Below are positions 47,997 to 58,800 of a stretch of DNA of 64,000 nucleotides, one piece after another. The notes beneath the pieces are model-generated. The model made no database searches and had not been told where the DNA came from. It was given only the letters and a program-made list of their open reading frames with translations. The position numbers and the translations under genes were made by a program. Positions within the stretch are counted from its first letter, which is position 1; every line of letters begins with the position of its first letter. The stretch covers positions 124,001 through 188,000 of IMG/VR virus record IMGVR_UViG_3300036715_004471. One strand, given 5' to 3'.

Positions 47997-48956
47997 TCAT
48001 TTCAAAAACCATTGATTATTCATGTACCAGGTGGCAGTATCTATAACACCATCCTTAAATTTGTATTTTGGTTCCCAGCCCAAAGACCTTATTTTGGAGG
48101 AATCCATGCTATATCTAAAATCGTGCCCGCTGCGAGAATCTTTTACAAAAGAAATTAATTCATGACCCTTGCCAACAGAATTGCAAATTTTTTGAACCAC
48201 TTCCACATTAGGAAATTCTTGATTGGCAGAAATATTGTAGATTTGATTTGACTCACCCTTATTTAAGACAGTCAAAATTGCCGCACAATTATCAAAAACA
48301 TGGGTCCAGTCCCTTGTCTGCAAACCTCTCCCATAAATAGGAATCTTCTCACCATGAAGAATGCACTTAATCGCTTTAGGAATCAATTTCTCTGGTGTTT
48401 GACGTGGACCATAATTATTGGAACTCCTGGTAATATTATAAATTAGTCCGTGCGATTGATAGGCGGCTTTAACCAACATCTCTCCGGCAGCTTTAGTGAC
48501 AGAATAGGGGTTACTTGGATTTAAGATTGCCTCTTCATTCCAAGCCGGATCTTGTTCATTAGTTAATTGACCATAAACACTATCGGTAGAAATGTAAATT
48601 AGCCTTTCTATTTTATGTTTTATACAAGCATTAATAATCACTTGTGTGCCTAATACATTAGAGGTCACAAAAGAATTAGGGTCACTTAAAGATAAATCTA
48701 CGGCAGTTTCTGCTGCCCCATGAATAACAATATCAGGCTTTTCAAATTGAAAAATGACATCTATAATATGTTGATCTCGCACATCGGCAACATGGAAAGT
48801 ATGATTCTTGTTCCAATACATTGAGTTAATTGCATTTGCGCTAACCCTATCTAAACTGACAAACTGATAAGGGTGTTTTTCATAAATGGCTTTTCTAACA
48901 AAATTGCCAAAAATGAAACCACAAGAACCAGTTATTAAGACTTTTTTCTTACTCAT
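47997..48956 (-). CDS. dTDP-glucose 4,6-dehydratase-like NAD-dependent epimerase/dehydratase
   Basis: ITGSCGFI, HGAAETAVD, ISTDSVYG, PYSVTK, NNYGPRQTPEKLIP and GHDFRY motifs. Confidence 0.88.
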   Translation of the reverse strand: MSKKKVLITGSCGFIFGNFVRKAIYEKHPYQFVSLDRVSANAINSMYWNKNHTFHVADVRDQHIIDVIFQFEKPDIVIHGAAETAVDLSLSDPNSFVTSNVLGTQVIINACIKHKIERLIYISTDSVYGQLTNEQDPAWNEEAILNPSNPYSVTKAAGEMLVKAAYQSHGLIYNITRSSNNYGPRQTPEKLIPKAIKCILHGEKIPIYGRGLQTRDWTHVFDNCAAILTVLNKGESNQIYNISANQEFPNVEVVQKICNSVGKGHELISFVKDSRSGHDFRYSMDSSKIRSLGWEPKYKFKDGVIDTATWYMNNQWFLK

Positions 48957-49150
48957 ATAGCCTTTTCAAATCTTGAAACCCAAGAACCTTCAATTTGCAC
49001 TTGTTCTAAAAACATTGATAAGGGACGAGCCCAATATTGATCTTTGAGATCTCTATAGATCACCATATCTTCCAAAGTTTCAGTATGTTTAGCAATTGAA
49101 ACCACTTCGTATAATTTGCCTTTATAGTGCCTGTAAATTCCAAGTTCCAT
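48953..49150 (-). CDS. DUF1653-family protein
   Basis: GIYRHYKG...HTET...YWARPLSMF. Confidence 0.85.
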   Translation of the reverse strand: MELGIYRHYKGKLYEVVSIAKHTETLEDMVIYRDLKDQYWARPLSMFLEQVQIEGSWVSRFEKAI

Positions 49151-49155
49151 ATTTA

Positions 49156-50121
49156 TTATAGTCCTACTCTTAATCCTGCCATAATTGAAATACTGCCGTC
49201 TATGCCAACTTGCAAAGATGGTGCAATATAAGTATTATTCATTAATGGAATATGCTTTCCAATATTATAAGCTCCCGGAGTTAATATGAATTGCGGTTTT
49301 TGCGACACAACTCCTATACCAACGCCTACTTGTAGTACAGAAAAATCTGGAGAAGTTTTATACTGACCATAAGACATAATTCCCAAATTAATACTAGGGG
49401 CAAACTCTCCCTTTACTTTATTAGCATTAATGCCACCATCAGCCCCAATAAACAATCGAGGATTCCACCAACTCCATTTGGCTGTAGGATATTCTTGTTT
49501 AGTTTCTGCTTTAGCTATCTTAACTTCATAATCTTTGTTATCAACAGTTACAACAAACTTATTATACACATAAGTTCTTTGATTATCATCTGTTCCAATA
49601 ACATTGGTTACTTTGTATTGTCTTGGCAAAACATTAATATTCCAAGGGCTAGGTTGCCATGCAGAAAAACCGACCTGACCAATTGGAACAGGAGTTCCGG
49701 AAAAGTCTTCATGAAGATTTAATATTTGAGCATTTTTCAAATATCCATATGTATCTATAGACGTAGGAGTTGGATTAACTGCGCCGGTTGAACTGCTTGA
49801 CAAGTTACCCATTACCTGTCCCGAACTAGTTACAACTATTGTATTGGCTGCACTAATAGAAGCGTGTAGTTTATTTAGATCATCTTGAATGGCTCGCAGA
49901 TTTACACCACTATCTTTTATAAACTTTTCAATATCGTCTTTGGTAGCATAACCATTTTGTGAACGCATGATATTGCCAGCCAATTCTTTTTGCTGAACAA
50001 TTTGTGTTTCAATAGCTTGTTGACGATTTGAAATTTCGTTTTGTTTATAAATAATGAATCCTAGTCCCAAAATGACTATGATTGCTCCGAGGAAAATTAA
50101 TATCTTAGTTAGTAGCGACAT
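49156..50121 (-). CDS. Membrane-anchored coiled-coil/beta-rich protein (spanin-like candidate)
   Basis: N-terminal TM helix, coiled coil, and amphipathic beta strands ending GLRVGL. Confidence 0.55.
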   Translation of the reverse strand: MSLLTKILIFLGAIIVILGLGFIIYKQNEISNRQQAIETQIVQQKELAGNIMRSQNGYATKDDIEKFIKDSGVNLRAIQDDLNKLHASISAANTIVVTSSGQVMGNLSSSSTGAVNPTPTSIDTYGYLKNAQILNLHEDFSGTPVPIGQVGFSAWQPSPWNINVLPRQYKVTNVIGTDDNQRTYVYNKFVVTVDNKDYEVKIAKAETKQEYPTAKWSWWNPRLFIGADGGINANKVKGEFAPSINLGIMSYGQYKTSPDFSVLQVGVGIGVVSQKPQFILTPGAYNIGKHIPLMNNTYIAPSLQVGIDGSISIMAGLRVGL

Positions 50122-50164
50122 ACTTCATCTCTTTATGAAAGTTCGCTATGTCTATATCTTGTAG

Positions 50165-50404
50165 TTAAGGATTATTTTTGAATTGTAGGGCACCAATAAT
50201 AACAGATTTATTAACTTTTGTGATGCCACTGGTATTAATAATTGCAATACCTATTGTTTCTTTGACAGTAAATCCTATTTTACCTATGTTTCTTTTAACG
50301 CGTAATTTACCACCAGATGTAATTACAAGACGGCGATGTGCCTCTAAATGAACCATACCTGGATCGGCGGATAAAATAGTTAATTCTTGTCTAATAGGTT
50401 CCAT
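50165..50404 (-). CDS. Hypothetical protein
   Basis: 79-aa ORF. Confidence 0.55.
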   Translation of the reverse strand: MEPIRQELTILSADPGMVHLEAHRRLVITSGGKLRVKRNIGKIGFTVKETIGIAIINTSGITKVNKSVIIGALQFKNNP

Positions 50405-50407
50405 TAT

Positions 50408-51544
50408 TCACTCGCACAAAGAAATGATTCTTTCAGTTACATTCTTCCAAGTATAATGAGGTAATATTTCCTGCATCTTGGGTGAGAATTTGGCTAAGTA
50501 ATCATCATAATTAGCAATAACATCTTTCAATTTCTTCGCACATTCATCAATATCTGGAGCAAACACTTTTGCATAAGGAGATGGTTCCCAATACTGCATC
50601 TTAATATCGGCACGAATTTCTTTTCCACCAATTAGAATAGAGTTATCATCATTCATATAATCAAGTTGTCCACCATAACGCGGAGCAACAACAATCTTAT
50701 TGGCGGCGAATCCTTCTAACCCGGGCATCCAAAAACATTCGCTATTTGCCATGGTAATTACCATGTCACAAGCATTATAAAGACATTCAATATCTACAAT
50801 GAATTTGTCCAGAATTTCTATGTCTCCATGATTTTTGAATTTAGTTTTGAATTCTTTAAGAATCTCATCAAAATTCACTTCGAAAGAAGATTTATTACTA
50901 CGTTTTGAAATTTTCAGAACCAAACATACATCATCATTTTTAGTGAATGCTTTGCCGTATGTTTTTAACAAATTAGGAATATTCTTTCTTAAATGGGGCT
51001 GAGCAATATTGGCAAGTATCTTATATTTCTTTTTTGTTTTAAGAGGATATTTGGACAAATTCTGAAATCTATCTAAATGAATACCGTGATGTATCGTCAC
51101 TTGATTCTCATCAGGTATTCCATTGTCTACAAATATCTTCTTTGAAAAGGATGAAGATGGCAATACCTTATCAACAGCTTTGTAACATTTGGCAAATGCT
51201 GTCGGTAAGACAGTTGTTTCATAATTCCAAATACCAAATCTATTTTTGTTTCCTCTTACAAAGTAATGAGGGAAATTCTTCAAAGCAGTATATGATAGCT
51301 GCATATCATATTTGGTATCCAATTTGGAACCAATTAAAGATTGGTAATTGTTCGATGTAATTTGTGTATGCTCTTCTATAGCGCCCTTTAGATTTGATTT
51401 AAGATCATCTGGAAAATACTCTAAACCATTGGTAGAGAATAAATCTACTTCATGACCCAATCTGATTAGTTCTCTTGAAATATTTTGAGCTACAATGGAC
51501 CAACTATGGTTTTTGCCCAAAAACCCAAACCAACATACTTTCAT
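50408..51544 (-). CDS. GT4-family glycosyltransferase
   Basis: GHEVDLF, HHGI, RKN and ECFWMPGLEGFA (EX7E) motifs. Confidence 0.88.
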   Translation of the reverse strand: MKVCWFGFLGKNHSWSIVAQNISRELIRLGHEVDLFSTNGLEYFPDDLKSNLKGAIEEHTQITSNNYQSLIGSKLDTKYDMQLSYTALKNFPHYFVRGNKNRFGIWNYETTVLPTAFAKCYKAVDKVLPSSSFSKKIFVDNGIPDENQVTIHHGIHLDRFQNLSKYPLKTKKKYKILANIAQPHLRKNIPNLLKTYGKAFTKNDDVCLVLKISKRSNKSSFEVNFDEILKEFKTKFKNHGDIEILDKFIVDIECLYNACDMVITMANSECFWMPGLEGFAANKIVVAPRYGGQLDYMNDDNSILIGGKEIRADIKMQYWEPSPYAKVFAPDIDECAKKLKDVIANYDDYLAKFSPKMQEILPHYTWKNVTERIISLCE

Positions 51545-51560
51545 GTCAAGCCTTATATCA

Positions 51561-51797
51561 TCAGGTAAAAACTAATAGGTCGAGCAGCCTGCAAAACTCA
51601 TCTTCAGAGTAAACTTGCTGTTCATACTCGAAAGTATTATTTACTGCATTTTGTACGAAAAATGGTTTAATATTCGGAGTTATTTTGCTAAAACTCTCCG
51701 TGTAAACCATAATCAGTTTTTTGTCGTTTGGGTTAAACGCAAACAAAAAATATGGCAATACTTTTTCCATCTTTTCTCTGACTTTTCCATAAATCAT
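51561..51797 (-). CDS. Hypothetical protein with C-terminal tag (RLLDLLVFT)
   Basis: Shared C-terminal motif; has its own promoter upstream. Confidence 0.65.
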   Translation of the reverse strand: MIYGKVREKMEKVLPYFLFAFNPNDKKLIMVYTESFSKITPNIKPFFVQNAVNNTFEYEQQVYSEDEFCRLLDLLVFT

Positions 51798-51815
51798 AAG
51801 TTTGCCTGCCCCACC

Positions 51816-51843
51816 AAGGTAATTCTGGTAAATTATGTGTCAA
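51816..51843 (-). promoter_or_regulatory. Sigma70-like promoter TTGACA-N16-TACCTT
   Basis: Intergenic, with the same spacing as four other promoters in the window. Confidence 0.55.
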
Positions 51844-51858
51844 GTGGGCGGAATTAAA

Positions 51859-54800
51859 TTATATTGGAGTTGGAGATGGTAGATAAGGAACAAAGTTGGA
51901 GCTATGAGCTGTTGGAGGTGCAGCACCAACTGGATTGTTATACGTCATAACCAAACGAGACATATAACAAGTTGCTTCTGTACTTACTGTTTCTCCACTT
52001 AAATACATCGCATAAATATAATCATCAGCGCCTGATAAGAATTGCTCTTTTAAATCATCAGAAACTACATAAGTAATGGTATCATTAGTAGTAGATAGAT
52101 ATGTTGATACGCCAACAAGGGGCAAATAACCACTATTAGAAACATTTAACAATCTTACTTGTGCTTTTTCACCCGCAGTACTACTTTTTAAAATTGCTTC
52201 AAAAGTAATAGACTCTAACCCTTCTAATATATATTTATCAAATCTAAAAGTACAAGCTCCAAAATTTATTTCAGTACTACCAACAGTTGCATCTCTACCG
52301 GAAGATGTATAAATGTACATTGGGTTTTTGTACATAAAACTAGGATCTAATAATCCATATCCATCTGTTTTTGGAACTCTATCTGCGTCTGGGATACCAG
52401 TAGAGAATGGAATGACACCTACCATATCAAAAATGAATTGATAACTTAAACCGCTTCCATTACTAGTCAACACTGTTCCGAAAGCGCCCACATCATTTAA
52501 TCCGGTACCGCCATGAATAATTGGTAAGACACCTGTTATGTCATTTTGCAAGTCTACTAAAGCAGATGGTCCACCATCTACAGCTCCGCTGAATACGCTG
52601 ATAAGTTTCAACATATTCTGCATTTTACCAGAATCTATAAATAATGTTTGATTGTTGAATCCGCCTTTTTTCAAGAAAACATTTATTTGTATTTTAGTAC
52701 TTAAGGTTTGCAAAACGGCGTCTTGATATAAGTTTGTGAAATTAAGTGTTAACAATCCAGTATTATAATCAATCGAAACACCAATTTTTCCATCTACGAT
52801 GGCTCCATCATATCCATCTACACTTAATCCATTTGTATTTGGAGAGAAAGATTGTACCGCTACAGAAAATCTTAATTGATCATTTGTTAAAGCATCATTA
52901 GTAACTAATGAACAATCAGCAAATTTCATGGCAGGGAAGCCTAAACGAGTTCTTCCGTCGCCAGTATAATCAGAAATGAAATCATCCAAAATATTGATGG
53001 TGCGTTCTGAGCCAAATAAACCATCAGGAATTTCTAAAACTATAGTACCAACTTCAAAATCTACTTTATAGAAATTACCATCTGGTCTATGTAGTTCGCC
53101 GCCGCGACCAATAATAAGATTGTTTGGTACAAATATATCAACACGACCTTGATCAAAATCAGGTCCCGATTCATACACGCTAATACTTACTCCATCTATA
53201 TGACAACTATTGTTTTGAAATCCAGAAAGACTGGTGAAAACAGTAGGAACACCTCTTGGTTTACTGTTAGTAACTATTAAAGATTCATCCCAAGTCAATT
53301 GTTTTTGGATTGACCAAACAACGGGGCTCAAATAGAAATCATGATCTGCAAAATATCCATCAGATAAGAAAATATCTGGAGCCAAATGAACAACTGTTGT
53401 TCTATCAACAGTAACAGATGAATAATCATCCGCCCTATCTATAAACTCTTCTAATTTGAATCTAATAACATTGAATCTAGTACCGATTTTTGTAAATGGA
53501 TTAGTTGAAGGACCTGGGTAAGTGCTAGTTGGAGAGTTGGTTAATACATTTCTATCTATATAGTTCTGTAATAGATATCCATCTGTGTAAGTAATATGAA
53601 AATCTCCATCAATATCTGCCCTCAACATTTGCATTAACACATCGCCAGTCAAAAAGACTTTTCTAAGAGTTAAAACATCTGTCAAAGAATCTACAGAAAT
53701 GATATCAAATCCTCCATAATTTTCTTGATTTGAAGGCAACAAAAGAATAAGTTTGAAAGAACCTAATCCAATAATAGTATTAAAAGAAACGCTAGCGCTA
53801 GTAAATTGAGCTAGCCTATTATCATTTGGATTAGCTACTAAAACGCCATCATTAGCACTTTCTAATACTGCACCAGTATCAGGATCTACTAACTGGAAAT
53901 TGATGCCGAAAGCACTACTAAATGGTTTAGTATAAGTATTGTAACCATTAGTAAAAGTAGTAGTAATGCCGTCGGTAACTAATATAGTATCAGTTGGTAA
54001 ACCAGTATTTAAATCGTAATTTAGATATGTATTTAAGATATTCAAATCATTGACATCTATAATTCCATTACCATCAACATCGCCTAAAATGCATGAAGCT
54101 AATTTGGCTGATGCTATTCTAAAGTAATTATTGGTATTACTTGCATGTGGAAAAATTTGAGCCCCAACAAAATCTCCATTCAATAAATTAGTTACTAATC
54201 CACTGACTGAAGAATCAAACCTAACAACATCTGTTGAATCATCTACAATTTTGATAATCAATTCGTCATGCACCATAGTAGCGGAATACAAATTGGAATT
54301 GATTATAGACGAAATAGAATCGAAGAATTTGATATTTTTATCTGAAATTGCCCCAATGATCAATGGCTCAGAAGCTTTTTCCAAATTAGTAATATCAATG
54401 GTATTTAACAGTTTGATACTTGGAACAAATTCTTGTCTAGACAAAACAGGATTACCTGTACGCTGATCTGGTATTGGGGTATTTTCTTCTATAGATGCCG
54501 CAACAACTGCTCTAAACACACCGTTACCAGTAAACTGTAAATCTTCCAAAGAATAGTCTATTGTAGTTAAAGTATTTGGATCTTGAGATGTTTTAGGAAG
54601 AACAACTCCATGACCTGTTTCATATATTTGACCATCTGATATTTTTGCAGCATCAGTCCAAACTCTGAACCATAAATCTTGATCCGGAATATCTACCCAT
54701 AGAGTACCAGTGAAAGTTGTAATTCTAGAATCTGGTACCCTATCAGACCCAACAGCTATCAAAATATCACATTTGTTTGCTGAGCCCGATCTTTTAATAG

Positions 54801-55854
54801 TAACAGCATAATAACTACCAACAGTTAAAACATTACCAGAAGCAACAGAGCTGTTACTAAATATAAAATCAACAGGCTGAGGAACTGTATTTAAAATTGT
54901 TCCTGAAGACTGTAATGTATTATAATTAACACTAAGCTGAGCAACTGGAATATTAGATGGTGAAAAATCTATTGGAAGGTTGGGTGCGATATCAGATGCG
55001 CATTCAATAGTAGATTGCAATGGATAAATACTTATTACTAAGTCGCCATTCCAAACTAAATCATCTTCATTTCCAACCTCTGTATTTCTAACAGAAAGTA
55101 ATAGATTGATTTTTTGAATGTTATTGGTAGAAGCAATGAATTTTTGTCCAATTTGTGTAGTTACATCTCCATTTAATAAAACATGATTATCTAATGGAGT
55201 AGTAAAAATACCCAAAGTATCTATGTTGTAAAATGGTAGAGCAGCACTTAATAATGCTTGTAAAGATAAATATCCTTCCAAAAAGAAATCTCTAAAGAAT
55301 AAATTTGGCTCAACGTCTTGGGCAATCATTAGAGGACTTCTGGAAAGTGAAAATGGATTGGCTTCACGAATTACAACTTGACCGCCCAGATTCAATGACA
55401 AAGTAGGGTCGCCTATGAAATCATTAAAAAGAATTAATAAGATATTGGTAAAATGTTTATGGCTAACTTGTATTTCATTAGTTCTGAAATAAAAAGTTTC
55501 ATATTGTAAATTACTTTCAAAATCTAAACCAATAATACAGATTTTGATAGCTTTTTTTCCAGCAACCTGAGATTTGTTTAATTCAATTTCTAATTGATTT
55601 CCAAAATTGCTATCTGTAGGCTGATATTGTGCTCGAACGATTGTACCATCTAAAAAGCCGACAGACAATGCAGAATCAAAAATGATATTTTGTTCCAATA
55701 CTTCGGGCAATACACCAGAACCTACATGGTTATTGATTATCCCAGAAGTTATAGTATTATTGTAGTTTTGTTCCAGTGTTAAATCGGTATCGTCAACTTG
55801 TTGAGCATCGAACCAGATATTTTGTGGAGCAGAAATAGGGCTTCTTTTTGTCAT
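51859..55854 (-). CDS. Large virion structural protein (baseplate/tail) with dockerin-like Ca-binding repeats
   Basis: 1331 aa, beta-rich. Contains GDVDGNGIIDVNDL, ADIDGDFHITYTDG and a fibre-like GVLPIIHGGTG motif. Confidence 0.7.
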   Translation of the reverse strand: MTKRSPISAPQNIWFDAQQVDDTDLTLEQNYNNTITSGIINNHVGSGVLPEVLEQNIIFDSALSVGFLDGTIVRAQYQPTDSNFGNQLEIELNKSQVAGKKAIKICIIGLDFESNLQYETFYFRTNEIQVSHKHFTNILLILFNDFIGDPTLSLNLGGQVVIREANPFSLSRSPLMIAQDVEPNLFFRDFFLEGYLSLQALLSAALPFYNIDTLGIFTTPLDNHVLLNGDVTTQIGQKFIASTNNIQKINLLLSVRNTEVGNEDDLVWNGDLVISIYPLQSTIECASDIAPNLPIDFSPSNIPVAQLSVNYNTLQSSGTILNTVPQPVDFIFSNSSVASGNVLTVGSYYAVTIKRSGSANKCDILIAVGSDRVPDSRITTFTGTLWVDIPDQDLWFRVWTDAAKISDGQIYETGHGVVLPKTSQDPNTLTTIDYSLEDLQFTGNGVFRAVVAASIEENTPIPDQRTGNPVLSRQEFVPSIKLLNTIDITNLEKASEPLIIGAISDKNIKFFDSISSIINSNLYSATMVHDELIIKIVDDSTDVVRFDSSVSGLVTNLLNGDFVGAQIFPHASNTNNYFRIASAKLASCILGDVDGNGIIDVNDLNILNTYLNYDLNTGLPTDTILVTDGITTTFTNGYNTYTKPFSSAFGINFQLVDPDTGAVLESANDGVLVANPNDNRLAQFTSASVSFNTIIGLGSFKLILLLPSNQENYGGFDIISVDSLTDVLTLRKVFLTGDVLMQMLRADIDGDFHITYTDGYLLQNYIDRNVLTNSPTSTYPGPSTNPFTKIGTRFNVIRFKLEEFIDRADDYSSVTVDRTTVVHLAPDIFLSDGYFADHDFYLSPVVWSIQKQLTWDESLIVTNSKPRGVPTVFTSLSGFQNNSCHIDGVSISVYESGPDFDQGRVDIFVPNNLIIGRGGELHRPDGNFYKVDFEVGTIVLEIPDGLFGSERTINILDDFISDYTGDGRTRLGFPAMKFADCSLVTNDALTNDQLRFSVAVQSFSPNTNGLSVDGYDGAIVDGKIGVSIDYNTGLLTLNFTNLYQDAVLQTLSTKIQINVFLKKGGFNNQTLFIDSGKMQNMLKLISVFSGAVDGGPSALVDLQNDITGVLPIIHGGTGLNDVGAFGTVLTSNGSGLSYQFIFDMVGVIPFSTGIPDADRVPKTDGYGLLDPSFMYKNPMYIYTSSGRDATVGSTEINFGACTFRFDKYILEGLESITFEAILKSSTAGEKAQVRLLNVSNSGYLPLVGVSTYLSTTNDTITYVVSDDLKEQFLSGADDYIYAMYLSGETVSTEATCYMSRLVMTYNNPVGAAPPTAHSSNFVPYLPSPTPI

Positions 55855-55861
55855 CGTTTTC

Positions 55862-58800
55862 TCATTTAGTATACTGGATAAACACCCTAGAGTTGGCTGG
55901 TTTCAAGACTCGTATTAACTTCTCCAAGGCTTCTTTGGACTTTATACTACTACTAACTATACCTAAAGAATCTATTATATTTACTGAAAAATCAAACAAA
56001 CCTGTTTCTCTATTCTTTAATATAGCAAAATCGGTGTTGATCGATGACACTATGTCAGAATTTAATAAGTATGTCGTAAACAGATCCATTGTTACAGGGA
56101 ATACTGTGCTCAAATTGGAAGAATAGTTAACATCTATAGCCTCACCATAAGGAGCATAAATCGGTCTTGACATGTCACTTATTCTTAGGTTATCAATTAA
56201 ACTAAAAGTTGGGAATTGATTATCAAATTGGGTTCCTATAAACAATTGATTAATGGAATCTTTGAACTTGATATTTCCTAAAATGGTATAACCATCTCCT
56301 ACTATAACGGATCCCATAACAGTAGGTGAGATGCCACTAATAAGACCAGTTCCAAATAGAACATCACTATATTGATATCCATCTAAAAACAATCTCATTT
56401 CATCAGTAGATGGTCCACTATTTACACGATAACTAGCTTTGATTCTATGCCAAGTATTTCTGGACCAGAATGTGGGCGCCTTAATTACATAGTCTTTATT
56501 AGAAGCAGTAATAGCAAAATTGATATATCCAGTTTCATCTTTGAAAATGGCTATACGATCACCTTGTAATCCTTTAGGAACATACTTAACAGTAATATGT
56601 GATTTGTGGTATGGTAATCTTCTATTAAGCCTCACAACTTGTGTATTAATATTTTGATTATTGTTTTCTGTAGATTGATATGTTACAATAACTAGTACAT
56701 TATTTGTTGGTAATAATTTACCTAAATAAATAGTTTTCATATCTGTACTAATACTACCATTAACGAAATAATCTGTATTAGTTGGGTCACCGGCTATTTT
56801 AACAGTAATTACTTGTAAAATAGGATGTGAGACAACTACTGAATTATCACCAATGCTTGTACTGGTTTCCTGCGTAGCATTTTGTGTGTCAATTTCTATC
56901 TTTCCGCCAGCAAAATAATCTATACGGGGGTCGCCACCTTTCAATTGAACACTTAAAATTTGACTGGCGGGAGCAGATAGTTTTAATGAAACATTATTCA
57001 CACTTACCACATCTTCCACAACAGCTCCAAAAGCATCAAAATAAAATCTCTTATGAGGATCATTAGCCGTGTCGAACAATGGACTCATCCAAAACTCTAT
57101 AGTACCTTCTTTTCTAGTATTCAAAATACCTTCATTTGGCAAAACAATGGGCTCATCTAATAAAACCAAACTGTTACCAAAATTCTCGTTTACTACCAAA
57201 GAAGAATAAAAATGATTCTTAGTTGGTGTTGGAGAAATATAAAAATCAGCTTGATTAGTAAATGGAAAACTATTAAAACTAATTAACATCAAAGTATTAG
57301 AATCTTTGGTCAAAGCTTTCAATGAATTAAAATCTTTAGTAATAGAGCGCTGATTAGATGGAATACTCTCACCAATTCTAGTATCAGTTAACATTACTGA
57401 GTATATTTTAACTTGATCCATTAAGCCGTGTAACTGCAATTGACTGTTATAATCACTGCCCAAGAATACCTTAGCACGAGTTGGTTCTAAGTTTATTCTT
57501 GTATAAGTGAAATATTCAAATTCATAAAACCCCTTACTTAAATAATATGGAGTTCCTGGTTCATTCTTAATTTCAAAAGTAAAGAATCCATTTTGCAATC
57601 CACTTCTATAAGCATTAACATTCAAAATTTGATAAGTACCGTTATTGAAAATTGGTACATCGCCACCTAATGTTGGTTCTACAAATAAAGTTTTTCTGTC
57701 TGAAGAAATACCTGTAATCAAATAAAATCCGGCAGCATTTGAAGGAGCAGAGATAACTAAGTAATTATTTATATCCAAGTCACTAAACAATCTATTATCA
57801 TCTGTGACAGAGTTAATGGCACTTTGATACAAGGTATCACCATATCCAATTGAATAGCTAAATCTGATGATTGGTGCATAACCATCATTATTTTCTGCAT
57901 GAATGATAGAGTATTTTTCTTTAACCGTAGCAATACATGCCGCCCTATTAAGTACCAATGGTTGAGCAACTACATTAACAAAATTAACAGAAAGGTATTG
58001 ATTTACGGAATCTAATGTACCATAATCAGTAAAAATAATTATCTCATTAGATGGTCCGCCAATTGTTGTTCCATCAATAGTAACTTGAACGGCAGTGGAA
58101 AAATCTACATTAGTTCCCGCAACAGTGGCGCTCAATGTTCTGCCAGTTAAAGAAAGAGAAGGTTGATCAACCGTTAAATTAACAGATGAATTAGATGTAT
58201 TAATAGCAGTATTTGGTAAAATTACTTTTATAATATCTACTTCGTCTAAAGAAATTGGTGGCGGTAATTTAGTCATCAAAATATTTTCTACACCACTACT
58301 CCACACATAATAATTTCTCTTTATTTTTCTATGATTTATTCCAAGTGTTCTGATAAGAATTAAATCATTCATAATAACTTTATCAGATATTGTTAATACA
58401 TTATTGAAATTGATATCTTTAGATACACTATATGCTGGACGTAAAGCTCTAACTCCTGGTATTTCTTGTTCAGTATTGGTATTATATATTGTATACGAAG
58501 TATTACTAATATCAATTGGTAAATTATCATTGATTATTAATGAATTCCCTGACACTTGCAAAATGGTGTATATATTTTGCAACGTCATGTTTTCGATTTT
58601 GATTAAATAACCCACTTGTACTTCTACTGATGAAAAATCTAATGAAGAAGAGGTAACTATATTTGAATCGGTAAAGCCATTTATATCTGAACCAACAATA
58701 AATGCGTTAATTGTTGATACTGCAATGTTGGGGGACACATCAATATCAGATACTACAGTAAAATGAGTTCTATTAACAGAAAATCTACCATTAGATAATG

